DNA of 63,742 nucleotides, counting the filler, from Conidiobolus incongruus B7586 (lineage: Eukaryota): assembly GCA_000697335.1 (NCBI GenBank). It is 10 parts of 10 records of this genome, joined end to end, with 100 filler letters (N's around TTAATTAATTAA, not from the genome) between each part and the next. Parts side by side here need not be neighbours in the genome. Positions count along the whole stretch, not along the records: positions 3,663 to 22,633 come from JNEM01006934.1; positions 22,734 to 24,380 come from JNEM01006935.1; positions 24,481 to 26,552 come from JNEM01006936.1; positions 26,653 to 56,317 come from JNEM01006938.1; 6 more parts are not named here. The stretch is one strand, 5' to 3'. Made by a program: the position numbers and the translations under genes. The notes beneath the pieces are model-generated. The model was given only the letters and a program-made list of their open reading frames with translations. It ran no database searches and was not told the DNA's origin. This document shows, piece by piece, positions 13,988 through 28,261 of this stretch. Positions within the stretch are counted from its first letter, which is position 1. Each line of letters starts with the position of its first letter.

Positions 13988-14884
13988 GAGAAAGAGAAAT
14001 TTTAGTTTATTTTATAAAAATTAATTCTAATTGAATAATTAATTAACTTAATAATATTTAATAATTTTGAAATATTAATTGAAATCAAATTATCAAATAT
14101 ATATATATCATACAGCTTTATAAATTTTATTAATATCTTAAAAAAATAATAAAAAAATGAATTTTTTTTCATAAATGATTTATTTAAAATTAAAATTAAT
14201 AGTAAATAATTTAAAAATTTTTATAAATGAATTTAATTTGATATACAACTCGGTCAATTTAAGGCATTAGACCCTTACAAATTTCTTAAAATGTTTGGTT
14301 TTAGATTAATTTACCTTATTTATTAAATAATATTAATTATTATTAATTATTATTATTGCTATTTGATAATGGATTAAATAATGAACCTCTAATTAAAGGT
14401 TTAGAAAATTGTCTGATTTACTTGTTTATTTGTTTGCAGGAATTTTGCCATGAATTTTTCAATTAATTCTAGTTAATCTTAATTTAATAAGGAAATATAA
14501 GTAATTAGTAAAGTTTATTATATTGTAAACTAGTTTAAACTTGTTATCAAAAATTGAATATATGAGATCATTTTATAAATTATCTTTTCTTTTTTTTATA
14601 TATTATACAATATTATTAATTTATTAAAAATAATAATTTATTATAATTTAATTATTTTTATTTTCTAAAAACACAATGCTCATTCAGTCATTCAAGTTAT
14701 AATTGAATGATTATAAAATATATATGTTAATAAAAGTATATTTTAAAAATGAAATCAATTTCAATTTGATAATATACTAATACCAACTAGTTAATAGAAT
14801 ATGATAACTTCAATATCTAATAAAATTTGAGATTACAATAATACAATTAATAGCAAATATTAAAAAAATACTTATGTGTAACAA

Positions 14885-15787
14885 CTACTGTCGCATCTGT
14901 GCTCTTAAGCACTTTTTCGTCTTTCTGTGCCTCTCAAAGATATCCTTGCGATAGAAGTTCATTTGGCATGCTGAGCATTGGAACAATCGATCATCACCAT
15001 GCATAAGAAGATGCCTTTGGTAGCAAAACTTTCTTCTGAATTTTTGCGGACATTGCGAACATTCGTAGAATCCAGATGGCCCTGGGAGGATGTGGGCGGC
15101 CTGTGGGTTTTTGGGTGCACGACGTGGTTTCCCTGTAGCTGGATTGATAGGTCTCGAAGCCAAGTGTTTTGCATTAGGGCTTGGCGAAGGTAAACTGCAG
15201 TCTAATGATGATGAAGCAAAGAGTGGTGAGAATTTGGATGACTTAAAGTCTGGAGTCATATTGTTCTGCATAGCTTGGGGAGTGTAGTCAATGGTAGGTG
15301 AACTGACAGTGTACTGTGCTACATGGCCGGTGTTGGGCATAACATTCATCATTGGATTGCTGTCAATGAAAGTTTGTGTATAGTATGTCTGGCTACAAAT
15401 ATAAGAATCATAAGGATTTTGCTGTGACTGGGGTATATCTTGGGCATATTGTCCCAAGAAATAAGTGTCTGCAGAATTTGTGCGAAGAGTAGGAGGTGAT
15501 GGTGAACTTTTTGCCTTTTTTAAACAGTTATTTTGAGTTTCATTAGCACTTTGAATTCCATATGTGGGAAGTGTATAAAATGAACTCTGATACAGCTGAG
15601 GGCTTTGATCCACATATTGGGAAAGATCTGGTGTGGAATTAGGCAAGGATCTTTGATTTAGCTGGGGAGAAAAGGTAGAAAAGTAGTTTTGGCGGGTATG
15701 AGGGTTCGAGTCGCTCGCGTGGAAATCGTGAAAACCGTACTGGGGTGCTACTGGAGTGCTCCAGATAGTAGATTGTGCATTAGACAT
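14885..15787 (-). CDS. C2H2 zinc-finger transcription factor (intronless; C-terminal C2H2 plus C2HC fingers, Q/S/P-rich N-terminus)
   Basis: YECSQCPQKFRRKFCYQRHLLMH-GDDRL-FQCSACQMNFYRKDIFERHRKTKKC. First ATG at 15787; the ORF track starts at an upstream TTG. Confidence 0.9.
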   Translation of the reverse strand: MSNAQSTIWSTPVAPQYGFHDFHASDSNPHTRQNYFSTFSPQLNQRSLPNSTPDLSQYVDQSPQLYQSSFYTLPTYGIQSANETQNNCLKKAKSSPSPPTLRTNSADTYFLGQYAQDIPQSQQNPYDSYICSQTYYTQTFIDSNPMMNVMPNTGHVAQYTVSSPTIDYTPQAMQNNMTPDFKSSKFSPLFASSSLDCSLPSPSPNAKHLASRPINPATGKPRRAPKNPQAAHILPGPSGFYECSQCPQKFRRKFCYQRHLLMHGDDRLFQCSACQMNFYRKDIFERHRKTKKCLRAQMRQ

Positions 15788-18700
15788 TATCAAGCTGATT
15801 TAATTGGAGAGAGAAAGCGGTGATACCTTGAACTATGGTGATGAGAAATGAAAACTTTGAAAAATGTAATTGAGTGGTTTGAAGGTGATAATTAAAATTG
15901 AAGAGATCACCAGTTGTATGGAATAATTCAACAATGTAATCCGAAAGAAGGATTTTAAAATGCCAAGTATAATGGAAGGATCACAAGGGTAAAAATATTA
16001 GGGAAATACATGGAGGGGATCGTGATTATATAAGAAAAATGGTACCACACCTCAGTAAGATAAACAATTAGGGAAGCATATTAAAATGAAATGAATTAGC
16101 AAATTAGAATAATCTATACCTAGTACTAATTGAATTGAATTGTAGGGACTTTGATGATTGGGTGCATTAACCAAAATTAATTAATATGATTTTGCTGTTC
16201 TCTCATTGCGATAAGATAACTTTTAAATTAGCATTATTGAATCAATTTAGATTACAAATTGTAATAAATTTTAGAAAAATTTTAATGCTATCAAAATAAC
16301 AAACCCAAGTTTCGTGTATTAATGTTTAAAGCTTTGAAATGAATAAAATTAAACTGATATTTGGAAACAACAATGTCAATTAATAGTATAGCGATATAAA
16401 CATGATATTAAAGAATATTAGTGACATTATATTATATAATAATTCTAAAAACAGCAAACTTATTTTAATTAAGATGTCTTTTACAATTTATAAAATAAAT
16501 TTAAAAAATTTTGAATTAATTAAAAATTAAGTTTTTAGAGTAAATGAAGAAAAAAACATTTCAAAATAGTGCCATATCATATTATTAATATAAATATTTA
16601 TATCCATGACATATTAGACATATTCATCATTTTCTCTTATTACTAATAATAATTTTTTAACCACATAAACACTTCTTAATAATTTAAATAATATTTTTAA
16701 TCTTTAATTGATGATTTCAAATAATTCAATTTTTGATTTAAAAAATATATACTCAATATAATATCCAAATTTAAAAATAATAAAATTTCTTTATATTAAA
16801 TTAATTTGTTATAATTTTACACAAATATCACTTATAGTAATATTAATTATATTTGTGTTACAAATTTATTTTATAATATTTTTATTTTTTTTTCTCAAAA
16901 AAAAAATATTTTAAAAAATTAAAATTATTTAAATTTTATTATAATATATATTTATAAAAGAATAAAATATTTGGCATAAAATAACTATTAAAAATTATGA
17001 TAGAAAAAAGATAATATAAAAATTATAAGATTTAAATTAATTAAAATTTAATAATTTAGAATGTAATTTGGTCTTTATATAATCAAGTATTGATATTTTA
17101 AGCAAGTTATAATTTATAAAAATTTTAATAAATATGGCATTAGTTCAAGGTTATTAAAACTAATAAAAGTATTACTATGAAATAATTTTGTTGTAATCCT
17201 TAATCCTTAATCCTTATTATTAAATCAATTAATTTTAATATCTTTAAAAGAAAATTATATTATTTTAAATATAATATAGTAATAGTGATAGTAAAAATAT
17301 TAGCATTTATTCTTATAGTAAATATATAATATAATACAGAGTGGAGTAATGAGTATTTATTCTTAAATAGGATTGTACAAGGATAAATATATATCATTGC
17401 AATTATATAAACTGAATGCAAAATCATTTGAAACTAGATCTCAATAACAATGAACACAGGAAAATTTGAAAAAGTGTAATTATAACGATAGAAAACTTGG
17501 TTTATATAGAATTATTATATTCAAACGACTTCAACCTCACAGTTACTAGTTAAAAATTTAATTGAGTCAATTGAGTCACCCGAATGAATGCTATTAATCA
17601 AATATTATTAATTTCACCCCAATATCAAAAAAAATAATATGAATTAATATTAATTAAAGATTATTTTTTTGCGGATTAAAAAATAATTAAATAAAATAAT
17701 AATTTTTCATTAATAAAATTATTTAAAATAATATCGATAAATTATTATAATATTAATCAATTCAGTTTTTATAATATATATTTCAATTTAATAATGATAT
17801 ATTCAGATAGAACTACTTAAGCAGAAGTAATGGTTATATTTTGCTTTATAAGGGAGAGTTCCAATAATACTGACGAAATAGATTTAATTGCCCATTGCTA
17901 TTAATTAAGTGCTTATTATTCTATGACAATTTAAATTAAATTTATTAAATCACAATTATATAATAATATAAATTGTTGAATGCTAAATTAAGATACGATT
18001 ATCAAGTTTCATGTTCAAGAACCTAATTAAAGTTATTTTAATTTTGACCCAATCAAAATTTAATTTCATTCGGCTTTAAACAAAAAAATTTAATATCCTA
18101 TTGATTATTACTTTCAACTAGTGTTAATTATATTTGATTGTAAATTCAAAATTTTAAAAATTATTAACATATTTAATTTGAAAGTTATTTCAAAGATTAT
18201 CTTTAATAGATTAATCAAATTGATACATTTTATCCTATATTTTAGAAATATTTTCATATATTTTTATTTTAATTTTTTGTCAGTAAATTATATTATTTTG
18301 AACTAATAAATTATTTGCATTAATGAATAAAAGAGCTAAAATAGTACAGAAAATATATAATTATAAAATACACTATTAAATAAATTTATATTTAGAAATA
18401 TTAAATTAAAATATATAGTTATTATGTTTGATATAGATATATAATTATTATATAATATTTACTCTCAATTTTATTATAATTAAAAATGTTATCAATTTAT
18501 CATTTATTCCGAACACTCATATATAATTAAAAAATTAGGGAAAATATTCAAATATATCATTATAACCGATTTAACTTTCAAGCTTCATACAAAATACTAA
18601 TAATAAAATTGAGATTTTTTGTTCTTAGAAATCAGCTAGAAGCAGTTGAATGATAATCTTCTTTAAAGCAATTGCTCTATTTACATAATAAAGGAGTCAA

Positions 18701-21700
18701 ATTCGTTTATAATTTTTTCATTAATCCTTGTTAAATTAACGCTTTGGTATACTGAGTAGTGTTACGAAGTTGATAAAACCTAAACATCGAATAGAATTCT
18801 TTTAACTGATTATAATAATCCTGACATTAATTTATTAATATATATTTCTTAATAATATGAATCAATTTTTAAATAATATAGGTCATTTTTTGTAACTAAT
18901 AAAAGTCAATATATTTAATATGAATTAATAATATTTTGGAACGAAATATAGTATAATTCTCGTTATATTATTATATATAAAGAATATTGTACAAATACTC
19001 AAGCTGTCACTGAAAAAATATTAACCGATTGACACATTCATAATTTGAAATTTATATTTTAACAGATTTGATTATATTTCAACTTTCTTTTGATCCTGTC
19101 CATTTTTTCGGTTGAATTTTACTTGATCTATTCAATATGAAGAGAACTAAAAAATTAATTTCATAGAGCATATTCTAAGTAAATAAAATTTTGATATTAT
19201 ATATAAAATTATATGCCATGCTAACGTTATAAATGAATACAAACTTGTAATCCAATATTTTGTAAAAAAGGTTTAAATCATAAAACTAATTAGAATTAAA
19301 TCCAAAACTTGGACATGATAAAATGAGTGTACAAATTATATTTCGGAGGATTAATATGATTAATGCCCATTTGTATTTAAAAATATAGTTTCACCAATAT
19401 TAATTATTAATTCATTCAATTAATCATGAAAACTACTTAGATGGTTATTTATTTCAAAATGCAATAAGGTAATTTATGTTATATTTTAAAATTTGTGAAC
19501 TTAAATTTGGAGTAGTTAAATCTGATATGCACCAATTTTGAAAATTGTTTTATTAGAATCACAAGGTCTGATATTAAATAAATAGTTTGATTTTTATATT
19601 TGTTTATAGTCAAGGTGTTGGTTAGCTTAGCACATATAATTCAAATGTTACAGATATTATAATAATCAAAAACTAGATATATTTTATATTTCAATTAAGT
19701 TAAATTTTATTTGATATACTACTTTTAAGCTAAATTCCTTTATAATTATAGAGTAATATTAATTATTTGATTTTTTAAATTCTATTTTTTTTTATTAAAA
19801 GCAAGTTTAATATTTTAATAAACTATAAAATTAACTTTTATTATTAAAATATTATTAAATTTTAAAAATTTGAAACTTAATTTTAAACCCCTTAACAAAT
19901 AATGAAAATGAACTCATAAATACTATTTTTTAACACGTGTATTAAAATTATTCAAAAATTACTAAATTTGGAAACAGCGAAAAAGTTGAATAGTTGATTA
20001 ATGCAAAAAATTTTTATTTTAAAATGAATCATTATTTTAACAAAGATCGGTGATACTAAGTTATATACTAAATTGATGCTATAATATAATGTTTTAAAAT
20101 TTTGTTGCTATGGCTAAATTAAATTTTATATACATATGATTAAACTTTTATTTTAATTAAAATTAATGAAAATTCTGTATAAAGAAAATCTGTATCTTTA
20201 TGATAATAAATTTAATTCTTTATATTCATTAATATAACCTAATAATAGATTTTTAGAATATAAGTGTTACATTCAAAACGTAATTTTATTTAATTAAAAA
20301 TAATAAATAAATTGTTTTAAAAATATATTATATAAAATTTTTAATTATCATAAATTTTGAGTAAATTGTGTAATTTAGTTAAAATCTAATTCGGTATATT
20401 TAATAAAATATTTTATAATTTATGGCTTAAATAGATTAATATTAATATATAAAACATATTTATAATCTTTAGTTAAAATAATTTATATCCTCAATATGAT
20501 AATACTTTTATTTCAAAATATTAAAATATCATTATTTACAAAATCTATTTTATATATATATAAGTTCCAACAATTTTTAAAAATAATTTGACAAAATTTA
20601 TAATGATACTTAATATTAATCTATTGAATATTTTATTTAAATTAATATATTCGATTTAATAGATTTTTTATTGAATATCTTTATACTTGAGAAGCTAAGC
20701 TGAAATAAATTTTATATTATACAAAATAATTCAATAATCTAATATTTCATTAAATTTAATCAATTATTTATTTATTTTGATTATCAAGTTTTTGAGTAAT
20801 TACTTAAAAAGTATTTAAATATAATTAAATTTAAAAACAATTTTAATATATATACGATAAATTATATTGATAGGAAATAATCTTGTCAATCACTCAAGAA
20901 ACTATGATTAACTTACTGAATCAAGAAGTCACATTGGAAAATGCCCATTCCTAAACTGGGTGGTTGTATTCCTTTCTGTCACTGAGTCATTTCTATCCAT
21001 AAAAATCAATATTGAAAGCTAATATAGGATTATCACAGACAAACTAATAAGCATATCTCTTTTATCCTCATTTCAAAACTATTTAGCCTCTAAGTTTTTC
21101 TCGTCACCCTCGCAAAAGTATTGAGTTGTGACAAGTGTGAGATATATATTTTACTCGAAGAACCCAATTTATGGTAAGTCATTTTCTCCCCATTTGATAG
21201 ACTCCATTAATTTCCACTAACCCTGTGGTAATCTATTGTTTACCACTGGCGATTCCCCATTTAAGCTCTCAAACTCTATTTCCTCCTACAATTACTGTCA
21301 TCAATGCCATAAAATTATTAATATTTTAAACTTTTTAAGTTATATTATTGATTATTTCAAATATAAAATTAATTGAAGACCAGGTGGATAAAAATATTGA
21401 GGTAACAAGTTCTTATATATCAGATATTATTCTAGATTTATTTCTATTTTGGTTTCAAAAAAATATTCAAAATTTATTGGTTTCAATATAATAATTTCTT
21501 TTTCAAAACCTTATTATAATAATAAAAATCTTCTTTTTACCAATTTTTAATTAATACAAAATATTTGGAAATTATATAATAATTATAATAATAAAATTGC
21601 AAATGATATCAAATTATATATTGTTCATAATTTTCTCATTTTAACTTTCAAAAAAATTATATATTAAATTATTATATTGTATTTGATTTTAAATATATGA

Positions 21701-22997
21701 TTATTTCAAATTAATCTGGTATCAAGATATTGAACATTTTAAGAATTATTTTATTAATATTTAAAATTAAAAAATTCAGGTTATTAATATTTTTCCATGA
21801 TTTTTTAAAATCTTAATATATTGGATATATTATAAATTGTTATCCTTAATATTTTTATTTTTTAAAATTAAAAAATATCATGATTATATATGTATTTGCA
21901 TTTTGTATATTAATAATTATATAATATAATTATTTTTATAAATAAATTAAAAAATATATAAAATATAAAAGAAATAAAAATTTAAATTATAATATTGATA
22001 ACTATTTATTGCAAATTTTAAATTAAAAATCATTATTAGACTATATAAAAATCATTAAATTAATATATATTTATAATTGTTAAAAATATATTTATTAATT
22101 TAATTTATATTATATCGAAATACTAAAGCTTATAGAAAAAATATAATATTAAAAATTATTAATTATTTTTTTTCATCTATAAAGTTTTATACCAATAATA
22201 TTTATATAATTTTTTATTAAATCCCTGATTATTTATCTTTAAATCTATATATTTAATTTAGAAAAATAAAGTCAATATCTTATTAAAAAACTCGTTTTAA
22301 ATTATATTATATAATATACCAAAATCATTATAATCATAATGACTCATATTTGGTGAAAATAATGGATATAATAATAATAATATTCAAATCCTTATTTTGT
22401 TTTATATAAAAATAATTAAATATAGTAACAAACATTCTATCAATATTTTAATAATTTTTATCATTAGTTTTTCAAAATTTAAAATAAAATCTATTACTAT
22501 AATCAAAATTTATAGATATTATTAATATATAATATAATGCTGTATTATTGATATTTATTCTTAATAATAATTGTTTTTAAGTATTCTTTTTAAAAGATAA
22601 AAATAATTATAATTAATTGAATATAAATTATTTNNNNNNNNNNNNNNNNNNNNNNNNNNNNNNNNNNNNNNNNNNNNTTAATTAATTAANNNNNNNNNNN
22701 NNNNNNNNNNNNNNNNNNNNNNNNNNNNNNNNNATTAATTCTTTAATTAAATAATTTTATATTAATAAGGAATTTTATTAAATCAATAAATAACTAGAAT
22801 GAAATATATAATATATAATTTATTGATATTTATATTAATAATATTTTAATGGAAACATTATATATTGAATTTAATTCAAAAAAATTAATTATATAATTAT
22901 CAAACAATGTAATATTATAAAAAATTAAATATTTTTAAATATTATAACAATTATTATTTATTTAACTATATATATACTTATTTGGTTTATTTTATTA

Positions 22998-24313
22998 TTA
23001 CCATGGAATTAAAAAAATAGGAAATTTTTTAATTTCTGTTTTTTCATACTAATTATTGGTTTCAAATAGAACAATATATACAAAAGAAATAAGAAAATAA
23101 ATAGTTATGAATTATATATATATATATATATAATAACTTTTTTGATTAAAAAATTAATTTTTTAAAATTAGTTATTTAATTTAATCATCTTTAAACCAAA
23201 TAATGACCATCAAAAGTCTTTTATTTTAATATCAGTAAACTTTAACCATAAACCCTCTAAAATCATTCAAAATTTACAAAAATCTTTTGGTAATGAAGTA
23301 TTATCTAAATTAATAATTTATCACTAGGTAAACGACTTTAAAACTGGGAAAGAAATTACCTAAAACCTACCAAAATCTGGAAGTCTAATTTCAACTGACA
23401 TTCTTCCAATTATTAATAAAATGAATAACTATATTGAAAAGCACTTTTTTATTTCAACTAGACAACTATCAAAATACTTTAATATTAGTTACTTAAGTAT
23501 TTTATATATATTAAAGTTTAAACTCAAATTAATATATAAAAATATATAATGGGTATCTTATAATTTAACTAAAGCTTAAAAAAAAGCTAGAGTAGCTATT
23601 GCTAAACAAAACTTACTAAGGTATAGCTAGAAACCAAAGCTTTTACAATAAATTATTATAATTGATGAATCTTAGATTTCTTTGTATAATCCTTTGCCAA
23701 AACATAAATCAAGGTGTTGGATTAAGCCAAATCAATCCTTTCCACAAATTTCTTTAAATAAGCATTTTATTGATAAATGAATATTAATTATTAAATTGGA
23801 TTATAATGCTATATGTTATTCTTATTTAGTTCCTAAAGGAAAATCAATTAATAGTAAACTTTATATTTCTTTTTTATATAAAATTATTTTTAATTTGTAT
23901 TCTTAATATAATTCAAGAAAACCTATTATTTTTCATTATAATTGCAAAATATATAAATCTAAAATTATAAAAAACTTTTTGATTAAAAATAACTGGAAAA
24001 AACTACCACATCCAGTATATTCCCTAGATTATAACATATATGATTATAATTGTTTTGGGTAATTAAAAAACCTGCTTGCAAAAAAAAACTTTTGCAAAAA
24101 AATTTAATTAGTTTGTAAAACATTAAATTTCAGTCCTTAATAAAAAGAACTGTTTTTTAGGTGTTAGATCTCTACCAAAAGTATGGCAAAAATTTATTAG
24201 AAATAAATGAAATTATTAATCTTATATTATATATTTATTTTTACATTTGATATATTAAAATGTTTATTTTTTTAAGATCACAAAAAATTCCTATTATTTA
24301 AATTACAAAATAA
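22998..24313 (+). mobile_element. mariner (DD34D-type) transposon, full length (~1.3 kb), transposase pseudogenised (~23187-24220)
   Basis: TA-flanked TIR TTACCATGGAATTAAAAAAATAGGAAATTTTT. Remnants of the HTH (FGNEVLS..IYH*VNDFKTG..LPKSG), WVPHxL (WVSYNLT), first D (IIDES*I) and LPHPVYSLDYN..DYNCF (HPPYSPDL..D motif). Confidence 0.9.
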
Positions 24314-26188
24314 TAAATATTTTTAATTTATATTAATTTTGAAAAAATAATATTGATTGATTAGAATTTCAATTATAATANNNNNNNNNNNNNNNNNNNN
24401 NNNNNNNNNNNNNNNNNNNNNNNNTTAATTAATTAANNNNNNNNNNNNNNNNNNNNNNNNNNNNNNNNNNNNNNNNNNNNTAAAAATATAATAATATAAT
24501 ATAGAAGAAGATTTAATATAAAGGTAATATGCTATAAAATATAGTAATATTATATAGGATATAATATGAATATATAAACAAGGTTTAATTAAGTTTCAAA
24601 ATAGAATGAGTTACTAATATATTAAGGTTTATATTAGATAGTATTAATATACTATATTATTAATAGAATATAATTTTAATCTTAAAAATAATAATAAAAA
24701 ATATGAGAAAAAATAAGAATTAAAAGGAAAAAAACTTGGTTTATCAAATAATTTAATATTATTTATATAATTAATTTAACTATAAGAGTATAAATTAATC
24801 ATATAACCTTTAGTCAGTTAAATTATAAAGAAATATATATAAGAATTTAAAGAATTAATTTTTTAATACTCCTTTAATAAGTTTCTTAAAAAAAATATAT
24901 TCTTTAGATTTTTATAAATAGGTATAATAAGCTAAAATATTATTGATTTTGTTTAAGGGAATTTATATAATTTCTTTAATAAGGTAACTTATTTATTTTA
25001 TATAAAAATAAAGTCTATTCCTAATAAATTTAGATATAATTTTATAATTAATATAAAATATTTTTTCTCTACTTTAATTAATAATTAAATCTAGTTTTAA
25101 AGCTTTTAATCAACTAAGAAATATATTAAAGTTTTTGAAATAAGGTTTGATTTTAAATATATAAAAAAACAAGTTAATCCTCAAAGTTAAAGATAATTTT
25201 AAGATAATATTTTCAAAAATTAAATCAATAGATTAAATTTTATAAGGACTATAATATAATAATAAGTATTTAATATTTAAACTAAACTTAAATAAGGTAA
25301 GTTTAAGGGTAAATTATTCTAAATATATTAATATATTAGTTTTTATTTAAGAGGATTTTTAAATAACTTTAAATACTATTATTCTATAATCTTTTGATTT
25401 TCTTCTAAATTAAATCTAATAAGGGAGTTATTATATTTGATATTAAATTAAAATTCAATAACATTTAAAGGTAAATTGATTTAAAGTTTTAAAATAATTA
25501 TCAAAATAAAGATATTTTTTATAATTAATAAAATAAATGTTAAAACCTATTAACTTATCAATAAAAATGATGAATAAATATTAAAATTAGTTGATATAAA
25601 TATCTTAATTTAATTAACTATTATTAATATAAGCTTTAATTATTTGCTTTAGTCTTAATAATTTTTTCAATAAGTTTACTAATTTAATAATAATTATAGT
25701 TAAATTAATGTTAATAGAAAAAGATATTAACTACTAAAATTAAAAGTTAAATTATATATCTTTATCAAATACAATAGTTTGTAGAATTTTATAATAGGTA
25801 AAAATATTAAAGAAAAATAATATAATATCTTTAACTATAGAAGTTTTGAAAAAAAAATAAAATAACAATATTTAAAAAATAGATTAATAACAATTAGTAA
25901 ATTTTCATAATTATTTGTTAATTTAAAAATTTCTATGAAATCAAGTTAAATTGATTATTAAGTTTTATTAAAAACTTATAGAGGGATAAATTTACCATAT
26001 TTTAGATAGGTATTATATTTTATTTTTTAATATATATTTTAAATATTAATGTATTTTTAAATTAATTTAATTAGGGAAATTTAATAATATTTTATATTAA
26101 TTTTTTTAGTAATTTTTAGTTAATTTTATTATCCTTTAATATGTAAATTATAATAATTATTTAATATTATTTATTAAATCTTAAGAAT

Positions 26189-26552
26189 TGTTAAGAGACT
26201 AGTTCTCTAAATTCTTATATACACTTTCATATAATCCAATTAACTATAAATTATATGATTAATTTATACTTATGTAGTTAAATTAATTGTATAAATAGTA
26301 TTAAATTATCTAATAAACTAGGTTCCTCTTTTTCCTCTTAATTCTTACTATTTTTACTTTTACACTATTTCTAAGATTGAGACTATATTCTATTGATATT
26401 GTAGGATATTGGCACTACCTAATATAAATCTTAATATATCAGTGACTTATCCTAGTTTGAAGCTTAATTAAACTTTGTTTATACTTGCACACTACAGCCA
26501 CATTATATTACCATATTCTACACCACACTACTTTTATATCAAGTCTTCCTCT
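26189..26552. mobile_element. LTR of the same family as 6157-6541, truncated by gap
   Basis: Begins TGTTAAGAGACTAGTTCTCTAAATTCTTATATAC, matching the reverse complement of the 6541 end. Further shared internal blocks. Confidence 0.7.
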
Positions 26553-26652
26553 NNNNNNNNNNNNNNNNNNNNNNNNNNNNNNNNNNNNNNNNNNNNTTAA
26601 TTAATTAANNNNNNNNNNNNNNNNNNNNNNNNNNNNNNNNNNNNNNNNNNNN

Positions 26653-26938
26653 TTGTAAATTTTGAATGATTTTAGAGGGTTTGTGGTTAAGTTTTACTGA
26701 TACTAAAATAAAAGACTTTTGATGGTCACTATTTGGTTTAAGCATGATTAAATTAAACAACTAATTTTAAAAAATTCATTTTTTAATCAAAAAAATTATT
26801 ATATATATATATATATATATATAATTCAAAACTATTTATTTTCCTATTTGTTTTGTATATATTTGCTTATTTGAAACTAATAATATGTTTGAAAAATCAG
26901 AAATTAAAAAATTTCCCATTTCTTTGATTCCATGGTAA
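26653..26938 (-). mobile_element. mariner 5' fragment (least mutated copy; intact ATG MLKPNSDHQKSF...), truncated by gap
   Basis: Reverse complement of ~22998-23280, with TIR TTACCATGGAATCAAAGAAATGGGAAATTTTT. Confidence 0.9.
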
Positions 26939-27599
26939 TATTAATATGAATCCTGAAATTGAAAAATACTAAGCTCAAGCTTAAATATTATTGAAATAAT
27001 CAATATTAATGATTTAAAGTATTTTGAAAGTAAGTGATATTACAGCTATTGTCAATAATTGTAAGATTTCAAAGCTTAAATAATCTTGATCAGAGTAAAA
27101 ATTTTCATTTTATTAATATTAATTTATCATTAAGAAAATTTTTTAGATATTTCAATCTATAATTGATTTAAAAGGAATTAACAATAAAATTTACTAAAAA
27201 TATTTTAATATTTTAGTAAATCTTATAAGATTTGCTGAATCAGATCGAATTTAATATTCTGATTAACTTGAAGTGGAAAATAATCCCTTTAATTGGTAAT
27301 TTGCTTGTAGGAGTATTTATCTTTGTTTAAATTTACTGAATATCTATCTAGTTAGTGCACATATCAAAGATTTTAGCTATTATTTCATAGTGTTTATTAT
27401 AATATTTTCCAAATTCAAATGAAATAATCTGTTTGAAATATCGAGTTTAGAAATTAATTAAACAGTTACTTTGGATTATAAAAAGAATTATTCGAAAAGT
27501 TTTAGTTTTATAAAATATAATTATTCACTTCATAATATCTATTGAATAATTTTTAACAAATATTTTAATTTTAAAATTTATAATTATTACATTCAAATT

Positions 27600-27943
27600 A
27601 TGAAATTCTTACCCTTATATCTTTTATCTTTACTACATGGTTATTTAATAACATCACCGATGGTGCAAAGGGAATCAATTGGAAGGGTAGAAATACTCCA
27701 CAAACAGTGAAATGGATTAAAACAGATAGCGATCCCATTAATATTGATATTATTCTAGTCAGATCACAGCCCCCTTATAGGCAAGTTCTTCAACGCAAAT
27801 TTGATGGAAGAAAGTTGAAAGCGATTATTAGTCCTCCTCCTGGAGGTTTCCCCAAGGGTAAAGGATTTAAATTGAATATTCAAAACGGAAACGCGATTAT
27901 CTATGAATCAAAAGAATTTGAGATTCAAGATTTGGGTGAGTAA
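27600..27943 (+). pseudogene. Small secreted Kre9/Knh1 N-terminal-like (Ser-Thr-rich GPI-anchored family) protein with one frameshift (pseudogene or sequence error)
   Basis: ATG 27600 gives signal-like MKFLPLYLLSLLHGYLITSP. A one-base shift near 27659 continues DGAKGINWKGRNTPQTVKW..DSDPINIDIILV...PKGKGFKLNIQ..IIYESKEFEI. The ITSP..W..G...V.W and ES..F.I pattern is typical of this domain. Confidence 0.6.
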
Positions 27944-28113
27944 TTTAATTTAAATAAATAATACACTATATTTAACCGTTTTCCAAAATTATCAAATTCA
28001 AATTATTAAATTATTTTATATTTTAATGAATTGATTGAATTAATAACTGCAATTGGTTTATATTTGAGATTAAATGAATGAGTTTATGTATAATTTTCTG
28101 TTCATTTAAAATT

Positions 28114-28121
28114 TGACGTCA
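28114..28121. promoter_or_regulatory. Palindromic CRE/ATF (bZIP) site TGACGTCA ~140 bp upstream of SEC12
   Basis: Exact 8-mer in CpG-poor DNA. A near match TGACGTCG lies at 34047-34054 upstream of the AP-1 sigma gene. Confidence 0.35.
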
Positions 28122-28261
28122 TCTAATCACAAATTTAAAGTAACCAACTCTCAAATACTAAAACACCCATAATGTTTATTATTAGTATTTATATTTTATT
28201 GCATCCAATTCCAAATTTCATATATTTAAAATATAAATAAATTATCAATTAATAAACAAAA

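Noticed and set aside
18121..18306. AT-rich ORFs (also 41508-41699, 41799-42023, 49607-49831)
   Set aside because: Low-complexity I/N/K/F composition expected by chance in very AT-rich DNA.
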